Below, piece after piece: positions 51,247 to 64,000 of a stretch of DNA of 64,000 bases. Every line of letters begins with the position of its first letter. Positions within the stretch are counted from its first letter, which is position 1. This DNA comes from Phoronis australis (taxonomy: Eukaryota; Animalia; Phoronida), in contig NMRA01000296.1 of NCBI GenBank assembly GCA_002633005.1, forward strand, positions 412,399 to 476,398. The letters run 5' to 3'. The notes beneath the pieces were generated by a model. That model was given only the letters and a program-made list of their open reading frames with translations. It was not told the origin of the DNA and did no database searches. Position numbers and translations under genes: made by a program.

Positions 51247-53757
51247 CGAGACAAAGTTGGCAGGTTACAAAAACCGTTCGATCAACCCAGGAAAATCTGA
51301 AATCTCAAGAAGAAAGTATTGATTTCGTTAGTGGAAATAGCTCTCCGGACTTAAGCCCAACAACATGTCTCTTTGTTTCACAACTACACAGTAATTCACA
51401 TTTGAACAAAAAAGCTAGATAACTGCCATCTCCACCCCATTTTACGGTACATTAAAAGTCAATGCGGGCTCATGGCGGGAAAGCAGGGTAGAGTTCAATA
51501 ACTCTTGGACCAGTCGCTGCCGGGCCAGGACCATAGATTATTTCTATGCTAGCAGCCCGCTAGTAAAGCAAAACTTCGCGAGATCAAACACTACGAACGC
51601 TTTCAAATCAATCAACTGACGAACAACATAGGTGTTAGTTTGAAAGAGAAATTATTAGTTATTTAAAAAAACAACGTTCCAGCTACACATGTATATAATC
51701 ATGTCTTTTGATAAGTATACCTATATTATGTACGAAAATTACAAACAAATCCGACTTCGCGACTACCCACGAGTCCCTGTCGCCAGCCCCCCCCCCCGTC
51801 GTCACCAAATTGGCACACACGAACCCATAGGCTTGTGGAAAGGGATCGTGAGCCATCTAGAAACTTGGGGAGTGATGTTTAAAAAGGATACCAAGCCCGA
51901 TTTAGGCCAAATACTAGATACTGAAAACGTCTTTCACATACAGGTCTCTGAAACAAAATAATGCTCTGTACCCACGATAACCCTCAATAGTCTGATAAAC
52001 GAGAAAGCGTGACTTAGAGCCTGAGAGCGCTTTAGGCCAGTTACGGGACAACCTAAATGAGGCCAGCCGGCAAAGAGGCCACCCACGATGAACCATAATA
52101 TCCAATCTGTGACTACGAGTTTTGAGTAGATTGCTGCTTTTATCAATAAACTGGGACGCCAATGCATGACTAGCTGGTGGCAGAACGAGGACTGGTTGAA
52201 ATGACCAATGCAGGGTTTTAGTGCATGATTCCTTTTAAACAAAAATTATGAAAAAGGGGCCACCTTGGCTTTAGGCCTGTTCACAATAAGCCGATAGGGT
52301 TTTAGGATGCGATTTAGAAAATCGAGCCGTTCAGTGGTATCTGACTGGACAATGCTTCTCCAGTACATCAACCGGGAAAACTGTCGCCGTCCGCCCTTGA
52401 TATCGCGAAAGTTGATCTAAGCCCCTATTGTGTTGTGCAGGGCAATCAATTATCGCATTAGCGATGTCTTCACGGCAATAAAATACTGGCTGAAATAAAT
52501 TCAAATGTCAAGGACAGAGACAGGTAATTTTTAACGTGTTTGGCTTATGAAATTGAATTCATTGAATTCCTCGTGATAAGTTAGAAATACAATGAAAATT
52601 GGCCAAAAAGCTGTGATGTGTTTTTATTTGTTGACAACAGTTTTGAGTCGATGCGTGTTTAAAAAGTAAAATGTATTAATTCGGCGCGGTGGATGATTGT
52701 CGTTTGCGTCATGACATCATAGATTAAATACTATGTAATCTGTGGTGACATCAAACAAAAGACTGAGCCTGGCGATTAACAAAAGAATGATCGCATGGGA
52801 AACTCCTACCGAGATCTGCGAAATCAGGTGAAATACGGGGAGAAATAGTAGGCGGCCGGAATTTTTCAGAAACTTCGGTTTTACGTATAGTTTCGTGGCT
52901 CCGTGGTCAGCGGACCCTCGCGGTCCTTCTCGGAGTCCCCATAAGCGTTAATTTGTTTTAATTATATTTTTGCCTTAACGTGAATAAAGCGTATTACTAC
53001 TACTACTACTGTTAGTCGGAAAGTGATAATGAGAACCAAGGTTAAGATTCACCTCACAACCGCCCAGTTTGGAGAAAGTTATTTTGTTAGGGTCATACTT
53101 TGAAGGTTTTTGAAAAGACGCGGCCGGGGTCACTGCTACATTGCCTTCTAAGGACTGTTTCAAAACCCCTTGATCAAAAAATGACACTAAGAATTTCTGG
53201 TCTGGTGGCTGCCCCTTTCCGGGGGAGGGGCGCAAATGATATAGAACTGCGCCTACGCCAAAATTTACCGACCACTGATTTCTTAGACCTTTATTTCAGA
53301 CTGCAGAAATCACCTGGTGCGCTTTGTTGCTAGTAGTGGACGGATGGTACAAAATCTCCCCACGTTTAGCTTGTGCCTAAGTTCATTGTTTGTGTTGGCA
53401 ATATCTGAGTCACGGCTCTATAAATGTACGGTAGTACGTGCTCTGCGTGAACTTGGAATCCTGCTTAATCTCAAGATTGCGTATGCGTGAACTTGGAATT
53501 GTATATTCTTTAATGCAAAAAGGTGAAATTTTTGTTCGGTGAAAAGAATTTTTGTACTTATTGACCATTTTCTCCTGTACCGTAACTTGCGTCGCTGAAC
53601 CGGAGGAATATGTGAATGGCTAAATCGATTTTTGTTTGGTGAAACTGATCGCCCGTAGCTGAAAAGGTTGGTTAAAATTGACATTATTTATGGAATTTTT
53701 ACTATAGGCATGTTTGCACATACTTGGCGGGTAAACAAGGGAATAAGGGAGGCGGGA

Positions 53758-54466
53758 TGTCAGAATATAGTCTGATAGTATTTTTAGTTGTATTGTTTTG
53801 TTTTGTTTTGTTATTGTTTGATGTAATTTGTTTACTACAAAATAGTGTGGAACTTTCTAGAAGACTGAGGTCAGAACGGTGATGTAATTGGTTTACTACA
53901 GTATAGTGTGGAACTTTCTAGAAGGCTCTAGCATGACAATGATTAATGCAGTGTGGAATATTCTAGAGACTAGTATATGTTTGTGGAATGGTTGGGTATA
54001 TTCAGGAAAGTCCTAGAATGTGCTTGAATTGATGAAAAGTTCCAGAACAATGCATTAGGCTATAAATACACAAGCACGGGTTTGTGTTAGTCAGATCAAG
54101 TCAGTTCAAGAAAGTTAATCAGGAGAAGTTAACTACAGTTGAGTTGCAGTGAAGAGAATCAGCAGTTACAGCGATAGTCAATAGAGAGCCAGCTATAGAG
54201 ACAGCAGGTTATTGAATCGACGAGTGTAACAGTTGCTGAACGTGTCTCAGAAGTTCATCACAAGTCAAGGCTTCGCAGCATTGGCTGGAGCATAAACAGA
54301 CATTACGTCGGACGTTTTGTTTGAGTAGGCTTGTGAACGTACGGTCGGGGATTAATAAAGGATTAACTTGAACTCGAACCAGTGTTCAGTCAATCGTCGC
54401 ACCGAAAGCTATTAGCACCGGTCTGTAACAACTTGCGCCCACCCACACACGGGGAAAAACGTTACA
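53758..54466 (+). mobile_element. Solo LTR of an LTR retrotransposon (709 bp)
   Basis: TGT...ACA termini; flanks cggga / cgggg (5-bp TSD, 1 mismatch); TATAAATA at 54061; AATAAA at 54354; duplicated U3 block; no PBS or gag-pol adjacent. Confidence 0.82.
53849..54068 (+). promoter_or_regulatory. Heat-shock element cluster plus TATA box in the LTR U3
   Basis: Perfect GAAnnTTCnnGAA at 53850 and 53911; GAAtaTTCtaGAG at 53956; TTCagGAAagTCCtaGAA at 54001; TTCcaGAA at 54040; TATA at 54061. Confidence 0.7.
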
Positions 54467-54738
54467 CGGGGCATCCAACGGGGCTATAGCCCTCGCCCAA
54501 TAAATTTTCAGAATTAGTTCGTGTTACCCTGAATTTTGGTTCATTCCAGTGGTAATCAGTTATGGTTCATGAGATCAGCGAATGTCTGGCAGACATGGGG
54601 AGTGATATTGTTTCATACCTCTGGTCAAATTTAATAACCTCAAAAAGTCTTTCCCATACAATAATGTGTCGGAAATCTATTCCTTCGTCAGACAAATGAC
54701 AATATCCCTTTAACCCGTTGGACACGAACACTGTACAC

Positions 54739-55002
54739 CATGCGCGCACCCAGCTTAAAATATAGGGGGGGGGCTCGAATTTTTCGATATGCCGACCTTT
54801 TAGTGGGAGAAATCAAGAAATCAACGAGGACTTAAAAAAAAAAAACGGGTCGACCAGGTCCAGGCCCACGAACCGTGCATCCGCGCTGACTTCCCTTGGA
54901 TCTTGTCTCGTTTACTCGGACTTTTTGTTTCACTGAGGCGGTCTTTTTTGCCCAATTCGCCAAATTGGGGGGCTCGTTCGAGCCCCCCTGCGTGCGCCCA
55001 TG
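54739..55002. mobile_element. MITE with CATG(G/C)GCGCAC TIRs
   Basis: catgcgcgcacccag vs ctgcgtgcgcccatg (13/15 complementary); subterminal ggggggctcg repeats; no TSD seen. Confidence 0.65.
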
Positions 55003-57701
55003 TGACGGTCACCAAAGTTTATACCCCTGCAATGAGATTGACATGTGCGAGTTTCCAACGAACAACTCCCTCTGCATCATTAATGATTTCTTGGAATTCT
55101 TAATCATTATAAAACCATCGTTAACTTTACTCGTGTTATTCAATAATAGTTTATCAAACTACATCCTTTCGAGTCTCGCATTATTTCGTTGTTTACGTCC
55201 TGGTGTTGCAGTGATTCTGTGTTTTCTCGACCAGTTTGAATTGTTGCTTGTTTGATTTCCATCGTGAATAGTTGACATCGCCGGATTAGTGCTTGACAAA
55301 GGGATAATGGCCTCTAGGGGGAGCTCAACATGTCAAAAATCATTTAAAGAATTTTACTGTTTTTTCCTGAGTACATCAGAATTCATGGCAACATGAATTC
55401 CTCTCATGTGTATGTAATTATCAAAAATCATATATGAATCAGTCCTTTAGATCATATTTCGTAGATGCACACGTAAAAATTAGAACATGAATAATCCCTT
55501 GACATGCTGAGTCATTTCAAATATTTTTCTTCATGGTGAGGTTCAAGATTTTCTTTAAACCTCAGCATCCGGGCCGGGAAACCTCGTGAGACACGCTGTG
55601 TCCTGTGGAAGGTTTGGGAGGGCCTCACCAAATTTAGAGTGAAAGTTGCCCTTGCAAGACTCACAGTCTAGCGACGTCCACAGACTTTCATAAACACAGT
55701 TGAGGTAGATTTTGGTGCGGACGTGGCGTCACCATTTCGATTTGGCTCCAGGTGAATTTGTTGGTAGTTGATGGTTCTCTAAAGTAATAGAATCAGGCAT
55801 GCCGACTATAGTCCTGATATTGTAATACCCATCACTTTCTTTACGTGTACATCATTTCAGAACCTTTCCCTTCTAAAATTCATTTTTACTTTTTATTTTT
55901 AAACTCTATGAAGACCGTGCTGTAATACAAACCTTGGATCAGCAACTGACAAATGGTATAATTAGTCTTTTATCAGTACCATTTCCATTAGTATCATCAC
56001 CAACATCACCGTCACTAATACCATTATTGTCATATTTACTATTATTGTAGATTAAAATGAAAAATTTGCAGCTGATCAATCCAAATTCATTCCATCGAAG
56101 ATACAGCCATTGCAGATCCGATATGAAGCGCCAAAGGTTCGCATTTGAGTATATTTCTGGGCGCAAAAAGTGGTTAGGTAAGAGGAAATGCTACGCCTAG
56201 AAATGGTTATCGTACACGTGCCTCACTGAGTGTAGTCAAGGCTACGACTGCCAGTAAAAGTTTAGATAATAACCATTACAATAGCGACTCGTGGGCATGA
56301 CTTATGATGTATTCCACACAATCATAATCACCTTCCATTCTACGATTGAATAAGCAATGTTTCCACAAAATAACGTTTTCTACACACATTCTTGATAACA
56401 TACGTGCACTTAATGCCGACACCTTCATTATTGCTATTATTTATTAAATAACCGCATCAATGGACAATAAAATACCCCCGGGAATAAGATACATGTTCAA
56501 CTTATATTAAAACACTTGACTGGCCAAGAGCTTCAACAAGTAGTATTCGTTAAAAAGTGCGTTCCTGTCATTTCCAGAGCGGAGCAGATGTAAGGAATCT
56601 AACGGGTCGACCATAACGATGTCTTCATAAGTGATATAATGAGCAAGTTTCTTTTTACATGAATATTCAAAATCAAATATCTGTCACAATTTTAAGAAAG
56701 AAGATTAACAGTACACCGAGACAGGTTGTTACACTACATTGTAAAGGTAAGCACTTATTTTGTGGAATCTTTGTCATGTACGGAAATCTGATTTTGACAT
56801 TTTTCTAGTCACCCATAACCACACACAATCTATGGATTACAACTAATTTTCCAGACCTCAGCAACAGTGACGTCTTAATTTTTCCCAAGCCAACAAATCA
56901 CTTCTTGTCTGCACAAGGTTTAATTCGAGACCAACTGTATGTAGTGATATGTGGTCTAAATGAAACAACCAGTGTTTTGCCATCGATAATCGCCAAACGC
57001 GAGTCTCTTGTGTCTTATTGTACACGCGCACATAATGACGTTTGATATGTGTCAGGCGAAACTATGTCATATTATTCTTCATGATTTTCGTTTCAGTACA
57101 ACCCAGTAATAACACTGCTGTTAATTCTTTTCTTTCTCTCTGTTCCTGTAGTAGATATCTTCTGTCAGTTCTTCCGGTTGGAACAACGGCAAAACCTTGT
57201 TTCCGTTAGAATCTGAAACAGTTTCAAAATAATGCCTTCATAGTTTAATAATTCCATCTTGGTTATACGGTGTGGGCAGAATAAATAGACATGTATGCTA
57301 TACGTGGATGTAAATTGCTCACGGGTTAACTGTCGGAGGTTGATGAGACGTTTCATTAAAGTTCAAGTTCGCCCTCTTCACTGGCTGAAAACAAAAATCA
57401 AACTGGGGCCGCTTTTACACTCAGTGTAGGTCTCGTACCATTCACCACCATAATAGGATTCTATTCCCAGTAACAACTCAAATCACAGACAATGCGTACA
57501 TGCGTCATTTTCGAATTCACAATTTTCAAAGCGCTGATCGTTTCAATGTTTATGTTTGTAACGGAAATATAATCCAATCACCCTAAGGAGTATTGTGAGA
57601 CCGGTTTATAAGTGTGAAAGCCCTAATTCGATTTCCGTTTTTAGCCAGCGAAATGCATGTTTAATAATTATTTTAGAAATTAAACTTGAGTGCAAAACTA
57701 T

Positions 57702-57928
57702 ATGCAAAAATTATAAACTATGACCACTGCACTTCCTATAAAACAAAATTCCTGACGTTGGAGAGCCGCCTGGCTCCTTGATGACCATCTGACTTATGGT
57801 TTAGGGCAATACAGTCGTGGTCGATGAACACCGCCAGAGGGCGTCGAGATTTTCACTCGAACCAGACTGTCTTCAATCCCCAGTAGGAATCAGTTGTAGT
57901 CCAGTAGTCATGGTTTATATTTTTGCAT
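57702..57928. mobile_element. Small palindromic element with central CTCF-like motif
   Basis: atgcaaaaattataaactatgaccactg pairs imperfectly with cagtagtcatggtttatatttttgcat; ccgccagagggcg at ~57831. Confidence 0.55.
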
Positions 57929-59087
57929 CTTTTTATTAGAGTGGCCCAAAATGACACCTTGCGTTTTTTTTAATAGTCCCGAGAGAAACGCACGATGTCA
58001 TTTTTGGGCCAATTCACCTGGATGAATTATAATATCAATCGTCTGACAGCGATGTTGTGGGTCACTCAATACGATTGGAATAAAGTGGCCACGACGGTAG
58101 TTACGACCGGACCAACGACCTTTTGCAAAACTTAAACTAATGCTAAAGCGGTCCTATGCAGGTGGTTGCGAACAGGAACTAAACATTGCAACTGGTATCA
58201 CGTGAACTTGACCTTAGAACGTGTTCCCACATGAACGGGTGGCATGAAATGCGTGCCAGTAAAAATAAAAGTAGGCCTACGACTGTCTTATCTACCGACA
58301 ACTAGGAGTACGACCTTTTATGAGATGGTCCCCTCAATGTATTCACATTTTGCCTAGTAAACTAAATAGATTATACCCCGTGCTACTTGCAAAAGGGACA
58401 CACGAGTATCGTCTTCTTACGACTAGCGGACCTATAGAGTTTCTTGTCTCCTTACCAACGCATCGCTTGTTGAAACAGAAAATATCAGTCATTGTGCAAG
58501 GGACGGACAAATCGATGACGCATCGATATCCTTCGGGGCAAAGTTTAACCTGGAAATATATTCACAATTAAAGTATAATTTGACACTGTGGCTACCACTA
58601 TAGTAACGAATGCTGTAGGCAAGAAAGAAAAGTTCGACGAGGTGATGACATTTGACGGTGTCACTAAACGTTTTGCTGCCTGTCTTCTCGTTAAGATTTA
58701 CTTTTAATGGACTAGTAGAAAAAGACAAACATCAATGTTATCAAAACCAACCAATCGTAGAGACAAGGCACGCGGATAAACAAATGGGGCCATGTCTTTT
58801 TCGTCTAAGAATACCGCACGAGTTTGAAGCAACAACTATTTTAGACATGCTTAGGAAGACCTGCGAGTCAGCAGCAAGGGGAACACAAGCTGGACAACGC
58901 TAACAATGAAAATGTCAACGCTAAGGACTACATATGATTAACGCTGCTACAACAGAACGTACCCACCAATCACTGGCATCACAGTCTACGAGGGTGTGTG
59001 GCGTCTGGCAGTACCCCAACAAGAATGCAACCTGAAATGAAAGCGCATATAATGTCTCTCGTGTTAACAAGTCTGCTGACCCATTTG

Positions 59088-59550
59088 CAACAACAACAAC
59101 AATAACAACAACAACAACAACATCAACAAAAACAACTGCCGCTGCTGCTACCGCTACTACTACTAATACTAATACTAATAGTAATAGTGGTAATGGATGA
59201 TAATACAGATACTACTAAACTCACTGCAACTATTATAACAGAAACAAAAACATTTACAGACTATCACTTCTACGTCTAGTCCTACAAGTACAACTAACCT
59301 ACTTAGTAATCACGGTAATCATAAAAAGTAGTAATGAGTCTATTACTACTACTACTACTGCTGCAAGACATAGACTCATAGGAGTAAAAATCGCGATAAC
59401 TATAATAACAGTGGTAATAATATTATTATTAGAGTTAGCAGCAGTATCAGTGATAGTAACAATGCTAGTAGTATTAGTAGAAACTGCCACTGGTGGTAGT
59501 AACAGTGTAGAAGCTGCTGCTATCACTGCTACGACTACTAGAAATGATGA
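59088..59550. repeat. Degenerate trinucleotide low-complexity tract (CAA/ACT/AAT/AGT)
   Basis: (caa)n, (cta)n, (taatac)n, (agt)n mosaic. Confidence 0.9.
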
Positions 59551-61424
59551 CACATCCATGGGTGTGTGCTTAACAAAACGACGCCTAAAACTATGTGAAA
59601 GATTGTGTAACAAGCCTTATAAACTCTCTTGGAAAGAGGATTTTCATATTGTGTGACAATTATCAGAAAGACTTGTTAGTCCATTCTCATGTTAATTGTA
59701 TGGCTGTTTGGTCAGATACAATGATTATCTGGAAGACTTGTAAGTCCATTCGACGGCTGCCTTGACAATTTCTATCAATATCAAATTGATAGCACCAAAA
59801 GGCTCGACTCACAACGAGCAAGCGCCTACGCTCAGATCTAAAAATTGAGCGACGGACTTGGGCTTCGATCCCTGTCGAATCTATTCACGGATGGAAACGT
59901 GCGCCTACAAGTACATAGTATCACCTAACTACGTTTTCAGACTGGATGTCCTTTGTAATGTAGTGGAAAGTAAATCAGTCTACCGGCCTTGGTTGAATAA
60001 GAATACAGACATGCGTATCATGCGAAAGACATGTTTTTCGTGTGTTAGTCAGCTGTTGAGTTCTAAGATTTCAAAAAAGCAGATTTTCTTGTGAGATTAA
60101 GCCCCTGCCATTGGTCTGAACATGTGCCCGGGTGAAACAAGATTTTATCTTGTTCTTGATCGCTCACCAGTGCAAGCAATATTTACATTGGTGATTTGGT
60201 GCATTTTTTAAAAAGTACCTGCACTTTAAGCTGTTATGGTTAACTTAGGTAAATAATACTGTCTTTAACTACATAAGTATTGCGTACTAATTCAGGGCGG
60301 ACCACACGCACTATAGAAACTTTCGAAATTAAATTCGATTCAACACGGTCGTTGTTTCCTACATCGTACAAGTCACAGCATATGCCGTGAATAAAGTAAA
60401 AACAATCGGATAGCCCTATATTCACTTGCACGCTCATACATTCATAGAGATGGGTTGGGAGGGGCGGGAGGGCTGATACTAGGACGTGTAGGTGACAATG
60501 ATGCCGAGGCAAAACTCCATGAGAACTGCACGGGGCGTGGCCATGCAGCCATTGTGCATCGCCATCAACCTCATTCTAACATCAGATTACAAATCACCAG
60601 CCCGGCTGCCAAGGCACCAATTAACCAATTTGTTCTACTCTTGACACCAACGGGTGGCCTGTTTCAATTTAACTACCAATCAGTCACAATTTCAAAAGTT
60701 TATTCATAGTGATTGGATGCCTCCCCGATTTGGATGCCCGGGGCAGTAGCAACCCATTCTGCACGCTACCGCACGGCAAACAGGCAATTTTGGTTGATCA
60801 GTAGGATTTTTATGTGAATTCATATTAGTCATTCCTATGAATTCGTATGAATGGTATATATGACATAAGAAATACAGCCAGTAAGAAATCACATTAAAAT
60901 GATATCAAACAAGATTTCAGTCGCCTTTTAAAAGATGCTAAAAACAACTTTCCCGTCCAGTTGCCTGAAACAAAATAATGCTCTGCAACCACCGACAACC
61001 CTCAAAAGTTTGGAGGAAAATTTAAAAATTCCTTCCAAAGTCTGCTAAACGCGCGCGCGTGGCAAATGCTTTTAGCGAATTACACGGCAGCTGCGGTAAA
61101 AGATCACATAACCAAGGACCATAATGGCCTATTTATGAGAGATGATATGAGTTTTTAGTTGATTCCTGCTTATATCTTTCAAGGTTGACGCTAATGATGC
61201 ATTGACAGGTGACAGAATGAGGTTTGGTAGAACCCATCAAAACAAGGTTTAGTATGACAGCAACACTGCATAATGAAAAAAAAAATCTAATTATTAGTAC
61301 TGCTCTTTGAATGGACCTTTATGCCCAATATTTTCTGTATTTAACCAACTAACTCGACGATTATGGGGTGGGGGGACCACATTTCTGACTCCAACCAGAG
61401 GTTACACTTTTGCACAAAGGACCA

Positions 61425-61670
61425 GGCCCGTTCCAACAAAATTGACTTAGCTAAGACAATTCCTAAATTTTACTAACTTTTAAAATAAAAGTTCAATTTG
61501 TCTCAAAATCATTTCAAGAAAGAGATGTTAAGCTTGATTTAAGTGTTTGACGTACGTTTTGGCTTAATTTTGATGAATTTACCAGATATGGAAGTTTCAA
61601 AGTTTGGAAGTTAAGACAAATCTTAGACTTAAGTCACTAATGAACTTAAGTCAGTTTCTTGGAACGGGCC
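61425..61670. mobile_element. PIF/Harbinger-like (Tourist-type) MITE, 3-bp TSD
   Basis: cca|ggcccgttccaacaaaattgactta ... taagtcagtttcttggaacgggcc|cca. Confidence 0.8.
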
Positions 61671-64000
61671 CCAGAGCACTTACATCTTCATTATTCTTTA
61701 TCTGGCCATTGTAGTGCTAGGGTTTTACGAGCTATAAGGTTATACGAGTAACAAAAAACGAATGTCTGTCATTGAACCCATTTTCAAAGTAGAGACAGAG
61801 TTGCATCCTTGTATATATTCGGTTGCCTCTCACCAAGGCGACATAAAAATGGGCTTATCTTAATGTGACCGCGTGAAATTCGATTTAACACGTATTTTTA
61901 AGAACAAATAAGCATAGACAGACATAATGTGATGGGGAAAGCTCACGCGATGGCACGCGACCCCTCATTAGTCTCCCTAAAGTACACTTGCAGGTGACGT
62001 ATTTTCTTTAACAAACGGCACACAAATGTAGTTTACATGTTAAGTGGTGTTTTCATTGCCATCCTTTATCAAACGAGTTCACCACATTATGAGCTGTTAA
62101 ATGACAAACAAACGTGGGGTGAAAGAAAAATGCTAAGATAAACAAATAAAACTCAGCCATGAACATGTTGACAGATATATAAATACCTATTGAGACAGTG
62201 GGTGTTGGACTTCACCGCACAGTTGATAGTAAGACATTCGATACGGTGACCGTAAAAGGACGCCAGGGGACGATTTCAGACATAGCTCAACCCATTGTGT
62301 TTATGCTGTAGGCCTATCGACAGAAATAGTGCATCTGTCTCAGTACACTTTATCAAAAACCTAATAATGCCATCGACGAATAGAGGTCTGAGTCCATTTA
62401 TAGCCACCGTAGAATCGAGTACCGTCCACGTATATTTATTGCTACGTCTGCTGATACAAGTTATGCTTTGTATGCTGTCTGGTGCAACGCTAATCTCATT
62501 GGCCCAACTCCAAGGAAAGTTCTAAATAAACTTCACCCAACTCATTTGTTGTCGATCATCTTAAAAGGTCGGTGAAGTGTTTTCCACACCAAATTTGTTG
62601 TGTCTGCGTTTGTGTTTTCGTATCAATTGCGACACAACTGGGAAGCGCTGCCAAGAGCTGGATATTTTGCACGCGCTTGTTCTTCAGTACCGAATTCGAG
62701 GCAGGGCAGCTGAGAAAATTTCCGGGGGAAGGGGGCGGCGTTGGCATCCTGTCCTTCACAAACATTGATATAATTATCGGACCGTACCGCGTATCAAACG
62801 AAATTACAACAAAGATACTTATACGTACGCTAGGTATTGAAAGAATCCCTGGTTCAGAAAGCTGAAACGGTTCCTAACTTTCCGTCTCGCTTTTATCAGA
62901 AAATTGACAAAGACAGAATCTGATACTAAATCTACACAGAAAAGTAATGTGTAGCCTACATGGAAAATTAAGTCATAACTTTTCGAGATTTGCTGGACAT
63001 TTATGGTGTGCCTATTCACCCCTCAAAACTTGACTTGAAGTACGTTTAAGCGGTTTAGTTTACGTCAAAGCTTACTCACATATTTCCATTTCGGTAATAA
63101 AATATTGTATATTTTTAATTAAACAGCTGCACTTTGTTTTCAGTGCACCGCGGTTTTGTTGCCCTACATGACGTTCATCGTATCGCTAAAACCCCTATCG
63201 TGCTTCATTTTTGTGGTTAAGACAAGGGCGGGGCAAATTGCGAGGAAACTTTGTCATAAGGCCAAAAATATCGACGCAAACAAGATGGGGCAAGTATCTT
63301 GAATGTTCACTTGCGCTTCCGACGTCTGATTTAGTTCCCTCTATCAACTTATGTCTCTTGTTGTTTTGTGAATACGTATTTGGAATCGGCCGTTACAGGT
63401 ATTATCTAAAAAGTGAGAATCTTGACACGATATTTGTTGCGGTTTTGATAGGCGCTTGGCAAGAGACTACTTATATCGAGCCTGAGTTTTCGTTTGAAAA
63501 CACAAGATTTTTCTGGCAAATGCACTCTGCACACTGAGGCATTAAGAATGGCAAAGACAAACTAGAAAGATTATTGTCACGGCGTGACAATAACGGACTC
63601 TGCGCGTGCGTATTACTGGAATTATTATGGGAAGTTACTGACAGCAACCCGTTTACCAATATGAAAAGGAATTCTTTAAAATTGTAGGAGAAATTACATA
63701 TTAATTTTTTGATGACCTTTCCACTATTTGACCTCTTCCGGTGCATTATGAGACCCGATGAGGGAGTAGTTGTAAACTCGATTAAAAGTGTGGTTATTGC
63801 TGATAATCACAGATGTTTTACTTTAAGCACTTCAGAATACAAGATGAATGAGGTGGTCAAACTTTGAGAAGAAAAAGGCACCTAATGACCCCATGGGTGC
63901 ACCAAATGACCTGAAAATTTAGAATTCACACTCAATCGCACTTAATAAACAGATACGTAATTCTGAAGTATCTAGCTCAAAATTTTAGTTTGCACTCAAT

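Noticed and set aside
55533-55630. Alternative hairpins (tggtgagg pairing with cctcacca; tgaggtt with aacctca), possible ribozyme or structured RNA
   Set aside because: Neither a hammerhead core nor an HDV double pseudoknot could be fitted; the short stems may be chance.
59299-59656. Hydrophobic ORFs resembling signal-peptide or membrane proteins
   Set aside because: They are translations of a degenerate trinucleotide tract on both strands.
59798-59885. gggcttcgatccc, T-loop/B-box-like motif (tRNA or SINE)
   Set aside because: No cloverleaf, convincing A-box or tail can be built.
62295-62865. Cluster of overlapping 60-100 aa ORFs in GC-richer sequence
   Set aside because: No frame gives a recognisable protein or consistent exon boundaries.

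Overview
This is AT-rich eukaryotic genomic DNA that looks like a metazoan invertebrate (taxon is an inference). It is almost entirely non-coding: I can support no intact protein-coding gene, rRNA, tRNA or CRISPR array, and nearly all listed ORFs look spurious. The window is a patchwork of non-autonomous DNA transposons: two Kolobok derivatives with THAP, transposase and KolX relics, a Merlin-like, a pogo-like, several hAT-like and a Harbinger-like MITE, and Helentron-type HINEs. It also holds one solo LTR and several micro- and minisatellites. Three single-N joins (25768, 41031, 48000) are each flanked by duplicated sequence, probably overlapping haplotypes. The most interesting signals are: (1) a solo LTR with clustered heat-shock elements before its TATA box; (2) a HINE whose ~150-bp internal repeats each carry a same-orientation CTCF-like motif; (3) a Kolobok relic with convergent KolX (P2X7-ballast-like) and THAP pseudogenes; (4) a probable minus-strand promoter/first exon at ~44.3-44.9 kb, which would make most of the left 44 kb intronic. 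All of this was read by eye; no database searches were run.
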